From contig CACOJS010000003.1 of assembly GCA_902627495.1 (NCBI GenBank), positions 42,895 through 106,894 of the forward strand: a DNA stretch of 64,000 nt, in the 5' to 3' direction. The position numbers and the translations under genes are program-made. Source of the stretch: Hydrogenophilales bacterium. GTDB taxonomy: Bacteria; Pseudomonadota; Gammaproteobacteria; Burkholderiales; Eutrophovitaceae. The notes below the pieces were generated by a model. The model saw only the letters and a list, made by a program, of their open reading frames with translations, searched no databases and was not told the origin of the DNA. Shown one piece after another: positions 29,665 to 38,413 of this stretch (its first letter is position 1; each line of letters starts with the position of its first letter).

Positions 29665-29826
29665 GTTTTCACAAGAAAGTTGAAATTTTAACGAGTATGG
29701 CTAAAAGATTTTTTAAATGTTGGCTATACGGGTTAGGTAATACCCCTATAATAACGTCCGATTGCTATAACCATTTACGCACCACTTATTCTACGAGTTA
29801 TCTGAGGCCTAGTCTACCGATTGAAT

Positions 29827-31413
29827 ATGATTGATACTAAATATAAAACTTTTATTAAAGCTATTTCTCAATTGAAAGGAAGTATAAAGCGGGGAAGGTT
29901 ACCTAAAGTAGAAAAGCAGTGGAATTCGGGTGTTCAGGATTTGATAAAAATTCTAGATGCAGATGTTAAATGTGATCCTGGTATATCACCTGAAAAAGTT
30001 GAAGATTTGGAACTCCTATTGAAAGGTGCCAAATCTGTTGCAACTGGAGATGCCTCTAGAAAAATATTCTGCGAAAAAGAAAGAGTCTATCCGTCAGTAA
30101 GTGACATAGCAGATAAAGTCATGCGGGGATTGGTATCACCCGTTGACGTGGCCAGTAATTTCTTAGACAACGTAAAGAAGCAGCGTCACCTTAACGCATT
30201 TATTTCGATACGGCCAGACAAAATTTATGCAGATGCTAAATTGATCCAGAGGAAACTTGATAGTGGAGAAGTCCCTGGGCCTTTAGCTGGGGTCCCGGTT
30301 GGAATAAAGGATTTAATGTCGGTGGAGGGTTATAGACTGACTGCCGGGACAAAAGCTAAAGATTATGGTATTCAACAAGAAGATGCCCCCGTGGTTAGAA
30401 GATTAAGGGCTGCAGGTGCCCTGATTGTCGGGACAACTAATCTTCACGAACTAGCCTTTGGTGTAACTAGTCAAAACCCTCATTTTGGTCATGTGAAAAA
30501 TCCAACCGCACCTGGATACATTCCTGGAGGATCTTCGGGGGGATCTGCAGCGGCAGTAGCCTCGGGTCTAATTGCTATGGGAGTAGGATCATGTACTGGA
30601 GGATCGATTCGCCAGCCGGCTGCTTGTTGTGGAGTAGTTGGTTTCAAGGGTACCTGGGGGGCTGTGCCAACTGATGGAGTTGTTCCATTGGCGTGGTCAT
30701 TGGATCACATAGGCCCGATAACAAGGTCAGTTTCGGATGCAGCCTTAACATTTGAGGTAATGGCTGGTCTGGCTATTTCCAAAAGGAGGGATGTTGAATC
30801 ACCACCATCCCTTATTGTTCCAAGGAAATATTTTTACGAAAATATTGACCCTCGAGTCAGAAATACTGTTCAGAATGCGATAGACAAATTGCAAGAGTTT
30901 GGTGCTAATGTATCCAATAGAGATATTATGGGGATAGACTATTCTCCAGGAATACAGGCCATCACTATAGCTAGTGAGGCTAGCCAAGCTAATGAGGAGA
31001 TTTTGAAAAACAACCCGGATGCCCTTGGCGATGACGTGCGACTTAGGTTAGAAGCAGGTCATGTATACCTTGCCACTGAATACCTAAAAGCACAAAGGTT
31101 GAGGCGGCAAGTGCGAACGGCGGCGATGACCATCATGGGATCAGAAAGTGTTTTCTTAGTTCCAGCAATGCCAGTATTACCGCCCAAAATTAACAGCAGT
31201 ACGGTTATGATAGACGGGAAAGAAATGCACCTAGGATCACTACTTACGCGATTTACCTCGCCATTTAACTTTTGTGGATTTCCCGCTTTGAGTATGCCAT
31301 GCGGTGTTGCGGAAAATGGTCTGCCGGTGAATATTCAGATTGTCGGTCAACCAGGTAGTGATTTGCATGTATTGCGAGTAGCTAAATGGTGTGAGGAGAG
31401 GTTAAGTTTATAA
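29827..31413 (+). CDS. Amidase signature family enzyme
   Basis: GVPVGIKD (Lys), GGSSGGSAAAVA, GSCTGGSIRQPA (Ser nucleophile); about 80-aa N-terminal extension. Confidence 0.9.
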   Translation: MIDTKYKTFIKAISQLKGSIKRGRLPKVEKQWNSGVQDLIKILDADVKCDPGISPEKVEDLELLLKGAKSVATGDASRKIFCEKERVYPSVSDIADKVMRGLVSPVDVASNFLDNVKKQRHLNAFISIRPDKIYADAKLIQRKLDSGEVPGPLAGVPVGIKDLMSVEGYRLTAGTKAKDYGIQQEDAPVVRRLRAAGALIVGTTNLHELAFGVTSQNPHFGHVKNPTAPGYIPGGSSGGSAAAVASGLIAMGVGSCTGGSIRQPAACCGVVGFKGTWGAVPTDGVVPLAWSLDHIGPITRSVSDAALTFEVMAGLAISKRRDVESPPSLIVPRKYFYENIDPRVRNTVQNAIDKLQEFGANVSNRDIMGIDYSPGIQAITIASEASQANEEILKNNPDALGDDVRLRLEAGHVYLATEYLKAQRLRRQVRTAAMTIMGSESVFLVPAMPVLPPKINSSTVMIDGKEMHLGSLLTRFTSPFNFCGFPALSMPCGVAENGLPVNIQIVGQPGSDLHVLRVAKWCEERLSL

Positions 31414-31753
31414 GGCTAAAGGTGAGACAATGATGGTAAGCACAATAGAGAATTTAGATGTTGGAATTCATTGAAAAAGTTACGGAAGCCGGTAATTTTT
31501 TAAGGTGGACTGTTGGTTAGCTGACGCCATCTAATAGGTTTATTGTTGGACTATTTGGTAATAAAGAACGTCAAATGGAGAGTTCGTTGAGGTTGGTTTA
31601 GTTTAAAAGCACAAACAACAGGGGTTGTAGAGGTAGCGATTAAACCCTTGGGTAGCGGTTAGAAAATAGTGGAATTTATCGATGGCATATGATTTCCATT
31701 TAGGGTGAAAGAGAACTGATTCATTGAAAAGTACTAGTCGCCTCCACTCAATC

Positions 31754-32488
31754 TTAGAAATATTCCTTGTAGCTATGTGCCTGTAGAGAGTAGGCTGAGG
31801 TGGCAAGTTCACTTTGGACTAGAGTGGTTGTGAGCTTGCCGGAAATCCAAATGGGTTCGCTCATGTTCCTTTCTTTTAGTCCCTCAGGAAAATCGACCAA
31901 AATAATTTGATTTGGCGGCGGTGGTGGTACGTGAATACAGGCACCAAAAAAAGGAACTAAAAGGAATTGAGTAACATTTTTATCTTCAAATTCTAGTGGC
32001 ACTACGAACCCAGGTATTTGTATCAATTGGCCGTCCAACTCGGGAATAACGTTTGCCGATGTCACAGCCTGTACATAAAGGTCTTCTTCAAATGGTGTAG
32101 TGACTTCAATTTTTTCCAATATTTTCGCCAGTAAGGAAGGATCTTCTACAAGATCTTCACTTGTTTTAGATAAAGCCTCCAGTTCTCTCTGAATATCGTC
32201 TACTAGAGACAGATTTTCATGCACATTTACAGGCGGTTGATTTGCTATGATTTCCAACTCTTCCGGTGGAACGAGTGTCTCCCACTCAATGGTCCTGTAA
32301 TTAAAAGCTTTGGTTTTGGAGTCATCAGCCACCTTAACATTCTGAATAGGCTCTATATTTTCTACAATAGCGGGTGGTTTTTTCGTGAAGTCTGGACTTT
32401 TGGAAACCCCATTTTGGACATCTACAGCATAAAGAATAAAGGGTACTGCCAATACTCCCGTGATCGCTACAAGTGTTCTTAATTTCAT
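31754..32488 (-). CDS. DUF3299 protein (ZrgD-like)
   Basis: WETLVP, IPGFVVPLE, FLLVPFFGACIHVPPPPPNQII motif. Confidence 0.9.
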   Translation of the reverse strand: MKLRTLVAITGVLAVPFILYAVDVQNGVSKSPDFTKKPPAIVENIEPIQNVKVADDSKTKAFNYRTIEWETLVPPEELEIIANQPPVNVHENLSLVDDIQRELEALSKTSEDLVEDPSLLAKILEKIEVTTPFEEDLYVQAVTSANVIPELDGQLIQIPGFVVPLEFEDKNVTQFLLVPFFGACIHVPPPPPNQIILVDFPEGLKERNMSEPIWISGKLTTTLVQSELATSAYSLQAHSYKEYF

Positions 32489-32563
32489 CTAAGTATACCC
32501 AATTTTATTCGTAACCCTATTATATAAAGTATGCTAAAAAAATAAAATAATATGCCCAAATAA

Positions 32564-32578
32564 TGATACACTGTATCA
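32564..32578. promoter_or_regulatory. Putative Zur operator (7-1-7 palindrome)
   Basis: TGATACA-C-TGTATCA perfect inverted repeat between the divergent zinc-cluster genes; resembles the TGTTATA-N-TATAACA Zur box core. Confidence 0.65.
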
Positions 32579-32621
32579 AAATACGATGTCCCATCTATCA
32601 AGCTAATGAGATTAGTTAAGA

Positions 32622-33302
32622 ATGATTTCTTTTAATTTAGAAGGTGTGCGTTTCAGCTATACTGACGCTACGAACGATTTAATCGTGGATATAGGTAAAT
32701 GGTCGGTTAACCCTGGTGAAAAAATCTTTTTGTACGGGCCATCTGGTTGTGGAAAGTCAACCTTCCTAAATATTATCAGCGGAATGTTGGAGGCCTCTGA
32801 GGGTAAAGTAGAGGTGCTAGGTAAACGTCTCGATCAAATGAGTCCAAGGCAACGGGATAGGTTTCGTGCCCATCACATTGGTTACGTATTTCAGCAATTC
32901 AACTTAATTCCTTATCTTGATGCTGTTGCTAACATTCAATTAGCCAGGTATTTCTATAAAGGAAACGACCCAATTGTGATAAGACAGGAAATTGAGGAAC
33001 TTTTGTTTACTCTAAATGTTAGCTCCTCAGATTGGTACAAGCCTGCACAAAAGCTAAGTATTGGCCAACAACAGCGAATCGCTATTGCGAGGGCTTTTAT
33101 TAATAAACCAGAAATACTTATTGCAGATGAACCAACTTCATCTCTCGATGGTGATAATCGAGAGAAATTTATGTCATTACTGACGGCGCTAGTAGCTAAA
33201 AATCATACAACCCTAATTTTTGTTAGTCATGATAAAACCTTGTCGAAAAGCTTTGATCGCAGTGAGGCTTTTAGCGAAATAACCAAGGTTGGTGCGGAAT
33301 AA
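32622..33302 (+). CDS. ABC transporter ATP-binding protein (LolD/MacB-type, ZrgB-like)
   Basis: GPSGCGKST, IGYVFQQFNL, LSIGQQQR, ADEPTSSLD, VSHD. Confidence 0.93.
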   Translation: MISFNLEGVRFSYTDATNDLIVDIGKWSVNPGEKIFLYGPSGCGKSTFLNIISGMLEASEGKVEVLGKRLDQMSPRQRDRFRAHHIGYVFQQFNLIPYLDAVANIQLARYFYKGNDPIVIRQEIEELLFTLNVSSSDWYKPAQKLSIGQQQRIAIARAFINKPEILIADEPTSSLDGDNREKFMSLLTALVAKNHTTLIFVSHDKTLSKSFDRSEAFSEITKVGAE

Positions 33303-34534
33303 TGTTTCTTCGTTTGGCGACCGAGAGTCTACTGAGCCGGAGGGGTTCAGTGTTGATGACAATTATGGCGATGACCGTCAGCATTTATGTCCTTTTGGGG
33401 GTAGAGCATTTGAGACATCAAGCAAAAGAGAGTTTTACCAATACTATCTCAGGAACTGACCTTATCGTGGGGGCCCGCACGGGGAGTGTTAATTTGCTTT
33501 TGTACTCAGTATTCCGAGTGGGGTCGCCAACTAATAATATTAAGTGGGATTCTTTTAAACATATTTCTTCGAGTAAAAATGTAGAGTGGTCCATTCCCAT
33601 TTCTTTGGGTGACTCGCACAAGGGTTATCGTGTCATCGGAACTAACCGCGATTATTTTAAATATTTCAGTTACGGAGATAGATACTCTCTGAAATTTCTA
33701 GAAGGTCGACCTTTTAACAAAATCTTAGATGTCGTTTTGGGATTTGAAGTAGCAAGTCAGCTTGGTTACAAATTGGGAGATAAAATTGTTGTAGCACATG
33801 GTGTTAGTAAAACGAGTTTCAGCCTTCATGATGATAGGCCCTTCACGGTAGTAGGTATTCTAGAGCCCACTGGAACCCCGGTAGATCAATCATTACATGT
33901 TAGCCTTCAAGGGATCGAAGCCATTCATATTGACTGGAAACAAGGAGTGAAAATACCTGGTAGCACTCTGACTATCAAACAGATTGAGGAAATGAATCTT
34001 GAGCCTAAAACCATCACAGCTTTTATGGTCGGTCTGAAATCAAGACTGGTAACATTTCGACTACAAAGAGCTATCAACAACTATAACAAGGAACCTCTTA
34101 TGGCAATACTCCCTGGTGTGGCTCTTTCAGAGCTGTGGCAGATGATGAGAATACTTGAAGGTACTCTGCGTTTAGTTGCTGTCTTAGTAGTGTTGGCGTC
34201 TCTTTTGGGTTTGAGTGCAATGTTATTGGCATCTATTCGTGAAAGAGAACGTGAAATCCAGTTGTTAAGGGTGATTGGTGGATCGCCTCTATTTATTTTC
34301 CTGTTAATCGAATTAGAGGCAATCCTGATAACTATTGTAAGCATCTGCCTGGCGATTTTAGTACTCTATTTCTCTCTGTTAAGTAGTGACGCCTTGCTTA
34401 CCTATCATTTTGGATTATATGTGAGTACAAATATATTTTCGATTAGTAGTGTTTTCTATCTAAGCTTGATTATTTTAGCGACAATATTTGCGGCAGTGAT
34501 ACCTTCTTTGAATGCGTATAGGTCAGCAAAGTAA
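33302..34534 (+). CDS. ABC transporter permease (FtsX/MacB-type, ZrgC-like)
   Basis: SGTDLIVGARTG..NLLLYSVFR.G, PISLGDSH.GYRV.GT, ERE.EI.LLR..G; start overlaps the ATPase stop. Confidence 0.9.
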   Translation: MFLRLATESLLSRRGSVLMTIMAMTVSIYVLLGVEHLRHQAKESFTNTISGTDLIVGARTGSVNLLLYSVFRVGSPTNNIKWDSFKHISSSKNVEWSIPISLGDSHKGYRVIGTNRDYFKYFSYGDRYSLKFLEGRPFNKILDVVLGFEVASQLGYKLGDKIVVAHGVSKTSFSLHDDRPFTVVGILEPTGTPVDQSLHVSLQGIEAIHIDWKQGVKIPGSTLTIKQIEEMNLEPKTITAFMVGLKSRLVTFRLQRAINNYNKEPLMAILPGVALSELWQMMRILEGTLRLVAVLVVLASLLGLSAMLLASIREREREIQLLRVIGGSPLFIFLLIELEAILITIVSICLAILVLYFSLLSSDALLTYHFGLYVSTNIFSISSVFYLSLIILATIFAAVIPSLNAYRSAK

Positions 34535-34565
34535 TTTCTAATTTATATAAGAGGAGTTAGGTTTT

Positions 34566-35162
34566 ATGAAATTCAGAGGCTTTATTTTGACTTTTATGGT
34601 TTTAACGGCTTATTCTATTAATGTAGCGGCTAATCACCATGAAGAGAATGATCATCATCATGAAGAGGGACATGAGACTCAAGAAGCACATCTCCACGGG
34701 TACGGGGAATCCAACGTGGTTATAGATGGTAATGACGTAGAGATTCATTTTGATTCCCCATCGGCAAATATTGTGGGTTTTGAGTACAAGGCGTCAACGC
34801 AGAAGGAAATGCAAGCTGTGAGTAGGGCTAAATCAACTCTGGAAACACCAGATAAATTATTTAGTTTCAAAGGGACTAAATGTGTGGCGACGGAAGTAAA
34901 TGTGGATATGTCTGCTTTGTTACCGTCAGAGCATGAAGAAGATCACCATCATGATACAAAAGAAAAAGCCGATATACATAGTGATGTAGAAGCTGAATAC
35001 AAATTTACGTGTAAGGATGGAAAAAAATTAAAGTCAATAAAAATGTTGTTATTAGATGAATTCCCTGGATTGGAGACATTTAAGGTTGATTGGGTGAAGG
35101 GTAATAAGCAGGGAAGTAAAAAATTATTTGCCGGTGGTTTTGGGAGAGTTAAGTTTAAATGA
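34566..35162 (+). CDS. His-rich periplasmic zinc-uptake protein (DUF2796, ZrgA-like)
   Basis: Signal peptide, HHEENDHHHEEGH..AHLHG, SPSANIVGFE, HSDVEAEYKFTC, FPG. Confidence 0.88.
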   Translation: MKFRGFILTFMVLTAYSINVAANHHEENDHHHEEGHETQEAHLHGYGESNVVIDGNDVEIHFDSPSANIVGFEYKASTQKEMQAVSRAKSTLETPDKLFSFKGTKCVATEVNVDMSALLPSEHEEDHHHDTKEKADIHSDVEAEYKFTCKDGKKLKSIKMLLLDEFPGLETFKVDWVKGNKQGSKKLFAGGFGRVKFK

Positions 35163-35632
35163 CCAATTCGGATGCAGTCGATAGAATTATTCATAGTGCT
35201 GAGACCCAGTGCCTAAAACGAGGGTCGAGGTTAAGCAAAAAAAGAACGCTAATTTTGCGATGCCTTCTTCTCCAAGAAAAACCGATTTCGGCCTATGGAC
35301 TTATTGATACTTATAGGGAGTATTTTGGTGGTGATATGCCAGCAACTTCTGTTTACCGAATTTTAGGCTTTCTTCAAGAAAATTCCCTTGCACATAAGTT
35401 GCAATTGCAAAATAAGTACATTGCGTGTTCACACATTGCCTGTGACCATGATCATGGTTCTCCGCAATTTTTGATTTGTGTCCAATGTAAGGCAGTTAAA
35501 GAGGTTGGTAACAATGTTGGTTTGGTTACAGAGATGAATAAGGTTTTTGAACGTTCTGAATTTAGAATGATTACTCCACAAGTTGAAATGGTTGGAATTT
35601 GTGATAAGTGTCAGAGGGTAGATTCTGGTTAA
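35159..35632 (+). CDS. zur: Fur-family transcriptional regulator, Zur-like
   Basis: ISAYGL, SVYRILGFL, CSHIACDHDH..QFLICVQC, GICDKC; lies within the zinc cluster. Confidence 0.85.
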   Translation: MTNSDAVDRIIHSAETQCLKRGSRLSKKRTLILRCLLLQEKPISAYGLIDTYREYFGGDMPATSVYRILGFLQENSLAHKLQLQNKYIACSHIACDHDHGSPQFLICVQCKAVKEVGNNVGLVTEMNKVFERSEFRMITPQVEMVGICDKCQRVDSG

Positions 35633-35710
35633 AAAAAATGGAACTTAGAGCTAAAGTGGTTGTCTATGGTACGTATAGGTAATTTGTTAACCGTTTTCAA
35701 GGAGTTTACA

Positions 35711-35848
35711 ATGACAATAAAAACATTCGTATCGATAATATTAGCATCAATTCTGTCACTCGCGATGGGAACTGTTTCAGCGGGGCATTGCAACACAGCT
35801 GACGGCCATTCCCACCAAGAAGAGAAAAAAGAAGATAGAAACTATTAA
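35711..35848 (+). CDS. Secreted His/Cys-containing micropeptide (45-aa precursor)
   Basis: AAGGAG RBS; signal peptide ending VSA, then mature GHCNTADGHSHQEEKKEDRNY; followed by a strong terminator. Confidence 0.75.
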   Translation: MTIKTFVSIILASILSLAMGTVSAGHCNTADGHSHQEEKKEDRNY

Positions 35849-35869
35849 CTGGGTCAATTCCCAACCTGC

Positions 35870-35900
35870 AACCCCTCTTTTTACAGAGGGGTTTTCTTTT
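35870..35900 (+). terminator. Rho-independent terminator
   Basis: Stem AACCCCTCT/AGAGGGGTT, 6-nt loop, T-rich tail. Confidence 0.85.
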
Positions 35901-36197
35901 GTTTGCAGTTTTTATAATGAGAATACGTTTCTAAGCGGTAGGTACATTACATTTACCCTCATTAGTAATTTGGAGAATTTAGGATAATTTCACCCAATCT
36001 AGCGAATTAATTGACATATCGATCTCTAACATTGTCTCCTGAATTAATTCCACCTTCGTTGGAACTGACGTTTGGTGTGCTTGGCACTGCAGGTGAAGTC
36101 GTGTAAAAATGTGGGGTATGGTGAGAATTTTTTTTTATGATCGCCTGAGATTTTCGACTGCGGTGTTAGATAGAAAAAATGGATACTAGAGGATTAT

Positions 36198-36665
36198 ATG
36201 TTGAGTAAATTTCCATCAAAAGGAATACCAGTAGTGGTAGATAAAAAAATGTGCGACTTCAATAGTCATATGAATGTTGTCTATTACCAGCACATATTTG
36301 AAGACGGATGTCATGATTTTTACAGACAAATCGGGTTCTCAAAGGAATATTTTAAGGAAGGTTATTCGTCATTTACTTTGGAAACTAATATTCGGTATAT
36401 AAAGGAGCTACTAGAGGGAGAGACCGGCACACCATACTTTAGACTCATTAATAATAATTTAAAGTTAATTCACTATGCTGGAATAATCGTCAATGAGTCG
36501 GGAGAAGTATCGTCTTTTAGCGAACATGTTTTGGCCCATATCGACATGAAAATTAGAAAAACATCCCAAATGTCGAACCATTTACTAAATAGGCTCAAAA
36601 TAATGATGGCAGAGCATAATGCTGCCGGCCCTATAGATTTTGATTTAAGGTTAAAAATCAAATAG
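36198..36665 (+). CDS. Thioesterase family protein (4HBT-like hotdog fold)
   Basis: CDFNSHMNVVYY, SFTLETNIRYIKEL, HIDM..RK motifs. Confidence 0.85.
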   Translation: MLSKFPSKGIPVVVDKKMCDFNSHMNVVYYQHIFEDGCHDFYRQIGFSKEYFKEGYSSFTLETNIRYIKELLEGETGTPYFRLINNNLKLIHYAGIIVNESGEVSSFSEHVLAHIDMKIRKTSQMSNHLLNRLKIMMAEHNAAGPIDFDLRLKIK

Positions 36666-36802
36666 GAAGATTTTTGGTTGCTGACAGTCTGGACAAGAAT
36701 AGCTGACTTTCTGGAAACATAATATTATTAAGTTTGTTATGATAGTTGTTAAATAGTTTTTGAGTGTCGTGACCTATGTTTGTGGATAAACGGGGGAGGT
36801 CC

Positions 36803-38413
36803 GTGCCGAAATCAAAACTGAAACCAAATAATAAGCTCACCAAGAACTTGGTAAGTCTGTCTGGAGGAGCCTTGCTTTCCACCATAAAGACCATGGAAAC
36901 AATGGGATCTATTGGTCGTGAGGTGTTAAAGGCCAACGGAATCACCGAACTTCAGGTAGATGAACAATATCCATATGAAATTCGCAACGCTATTCACCAG
37001 GCGGTCTTTGATAGATATGGTGAGATTGCTCTGATCATGATGGGTCACCTCAACGCCGATTCATTAATAGATTCGGCTATGATCCAGCCGCTTCTTACCA
37101 GGGCTAATCGGTTGAGCACACTATTTCATTCGGGTAGTCAGGCTGAGTATGAAGGTGCGTTAGCCGAAATTGTTGATTTATACATCAAAGGTTCAGATGA
37201 TCAGATTAAACTCTTTACCTCTGGAGGAACTGCGGACTATGGTACTAATGGAAGAAGATTGAGTCCTACCTCTTGGGAAGTCTATGTAACTATGGCTATG
37301 GATTTGTTTCAAGAGCCATTTCTGCGGGGAACTATCGATTATATTTTTACTCGATCCGTGGGTAAATATTATCAATTGGAACTAGATTTTAAAAAAGAAA
37401 AAAGTAGTTCAGGTTATGGATATGCCACGTGGTGCTGGTATTTCAACTTTAGTCGGCAGGTATCACCACTCACTTCCTATGAAATTTTTGTAGCTAGCTC
37501 TAACGAGCTCAGAGAAAAACTAATGAAGGTGGTTCTTGATGATGCAACCGATAAAAGCAATAAAATGGAGAGAGTATCAAAGGAAATAGCTAAATACATA
37601 CCACCTCAAATTCACAGTGCTATATTCTCGGGGGAATATGATACGAGGATAGCAACACGCCGTAAAAAATTGACCATTTTTTTTAGTGACATTGTTAATT
37701 TCACGAGTACATCAGAGGGGCTTCAGCCTGAGGATTTAACTAATTATCTTAACGAATATTTCTCTGAGATGACTACTATCGCAATTGAAGGTGGGGGCAC
37801 TATTGATAAATATATCGGTGATGCAATGATGGTTTTTTTTGGAGATCCAGAGAGTAATGGGGAGAGAGAGGATGCTCGTGCGTGTGTTGATATGGCTCTT
37901 AGAATGCAAGATAGGATGGTTGATTTACGGAAAAAATGGAAACAGGAGGGTTTCGCCGACCCTTTTCAGGTGAGGATGGGTCTGAATACGGGGTATTGTA
38001 ATGTTGGGAATTTCGGTAGTGATCAGAGATTAACCTACACAATAATTGGGGGGGAGGTAAATGTTGCCCAGCGATTGGAGGCAAACGCAAAGGCAGGAGG
38101 TATATTACTGTCTTATGAGACCTATGCTCATGCTCAGGATATGATAGAGGCAGAAGAACAAGATATTATAGAGATGAAGGGAATTAGTCGAGAGATTAAG
38201 GTTTTTTCCATTAAGGGTAGGAAAAGTCAGCTCTTAAAAAAACAAATTGAGGAGAAGATTGTTTCGATAGAAGAAGAAAACCTAATACGTGAATTACAAA
38301 ACACAATAGTAGACCTAAAAAAAGAGTCTCAGGATTTGAAACAGGAGATGGCAGATATAAAGAAAAAGATTCTACCTTTTTTGCGAGACAAAATAGATAA
38401 TGAAAAAAAATAA
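36803..38413 (+). CDS. Class III adenylate/guanylate cyclase with H-NOX/V4R-like N-terminal domain (copy 1)
   Basis: FSDIVNFT, DKYIGDA, RMGLNTG, LTYTIIGGEVNVAQRLE; no TM segments. GTG 36803 follows a GGAGG RBS (ORF opens at 36776). Confidence 0.9.
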   Translation: MPKSKLKPNNKLTKNLVSLSGGALLSTIKTMETMGSIGREVLKANGITELQVDEQYPYEIRNAIHQAVFDRYGEIALIMMGHLNADSLIDSAMIQPLLTRANRLSTLFHSGSQAEYEGALAEIVDLYIKGSDDQIKLFTSGGTADYGTNGRRLSPTSWEVYVTMAMDLFQEPFLRGTIDYIFTRSVGKYYQLELDFKKEKSSSGYGYATWCWYFNFSRQVSPLTSYEIFVASSNELREKLMKVVLDDATDKSNKMERVSKEIAKYIPPQIHSAIFSGEYDTRIATRRKKLTIFFSDIVNFTSTSEGLQPEDLTNYLNEYFSEMTTIAIEGGGTIDKYIGDAMMVFFGDPESNGEREDARACVDMALRMQDRMVDLRKKWKQEGFADPFQVRMGLNTGYCNVGNFGSDQRLTYTIIGGEVNVAQRLEANAKAGGILLSYETYAHAQDMIEAEEQDIIEMKGISREIKVFSIKGRKSQLLKKQIEEKIVSIEEENLIRELQNTIVDLKKESQDLKQEMADIKKKILPFLRDKIDNEKK

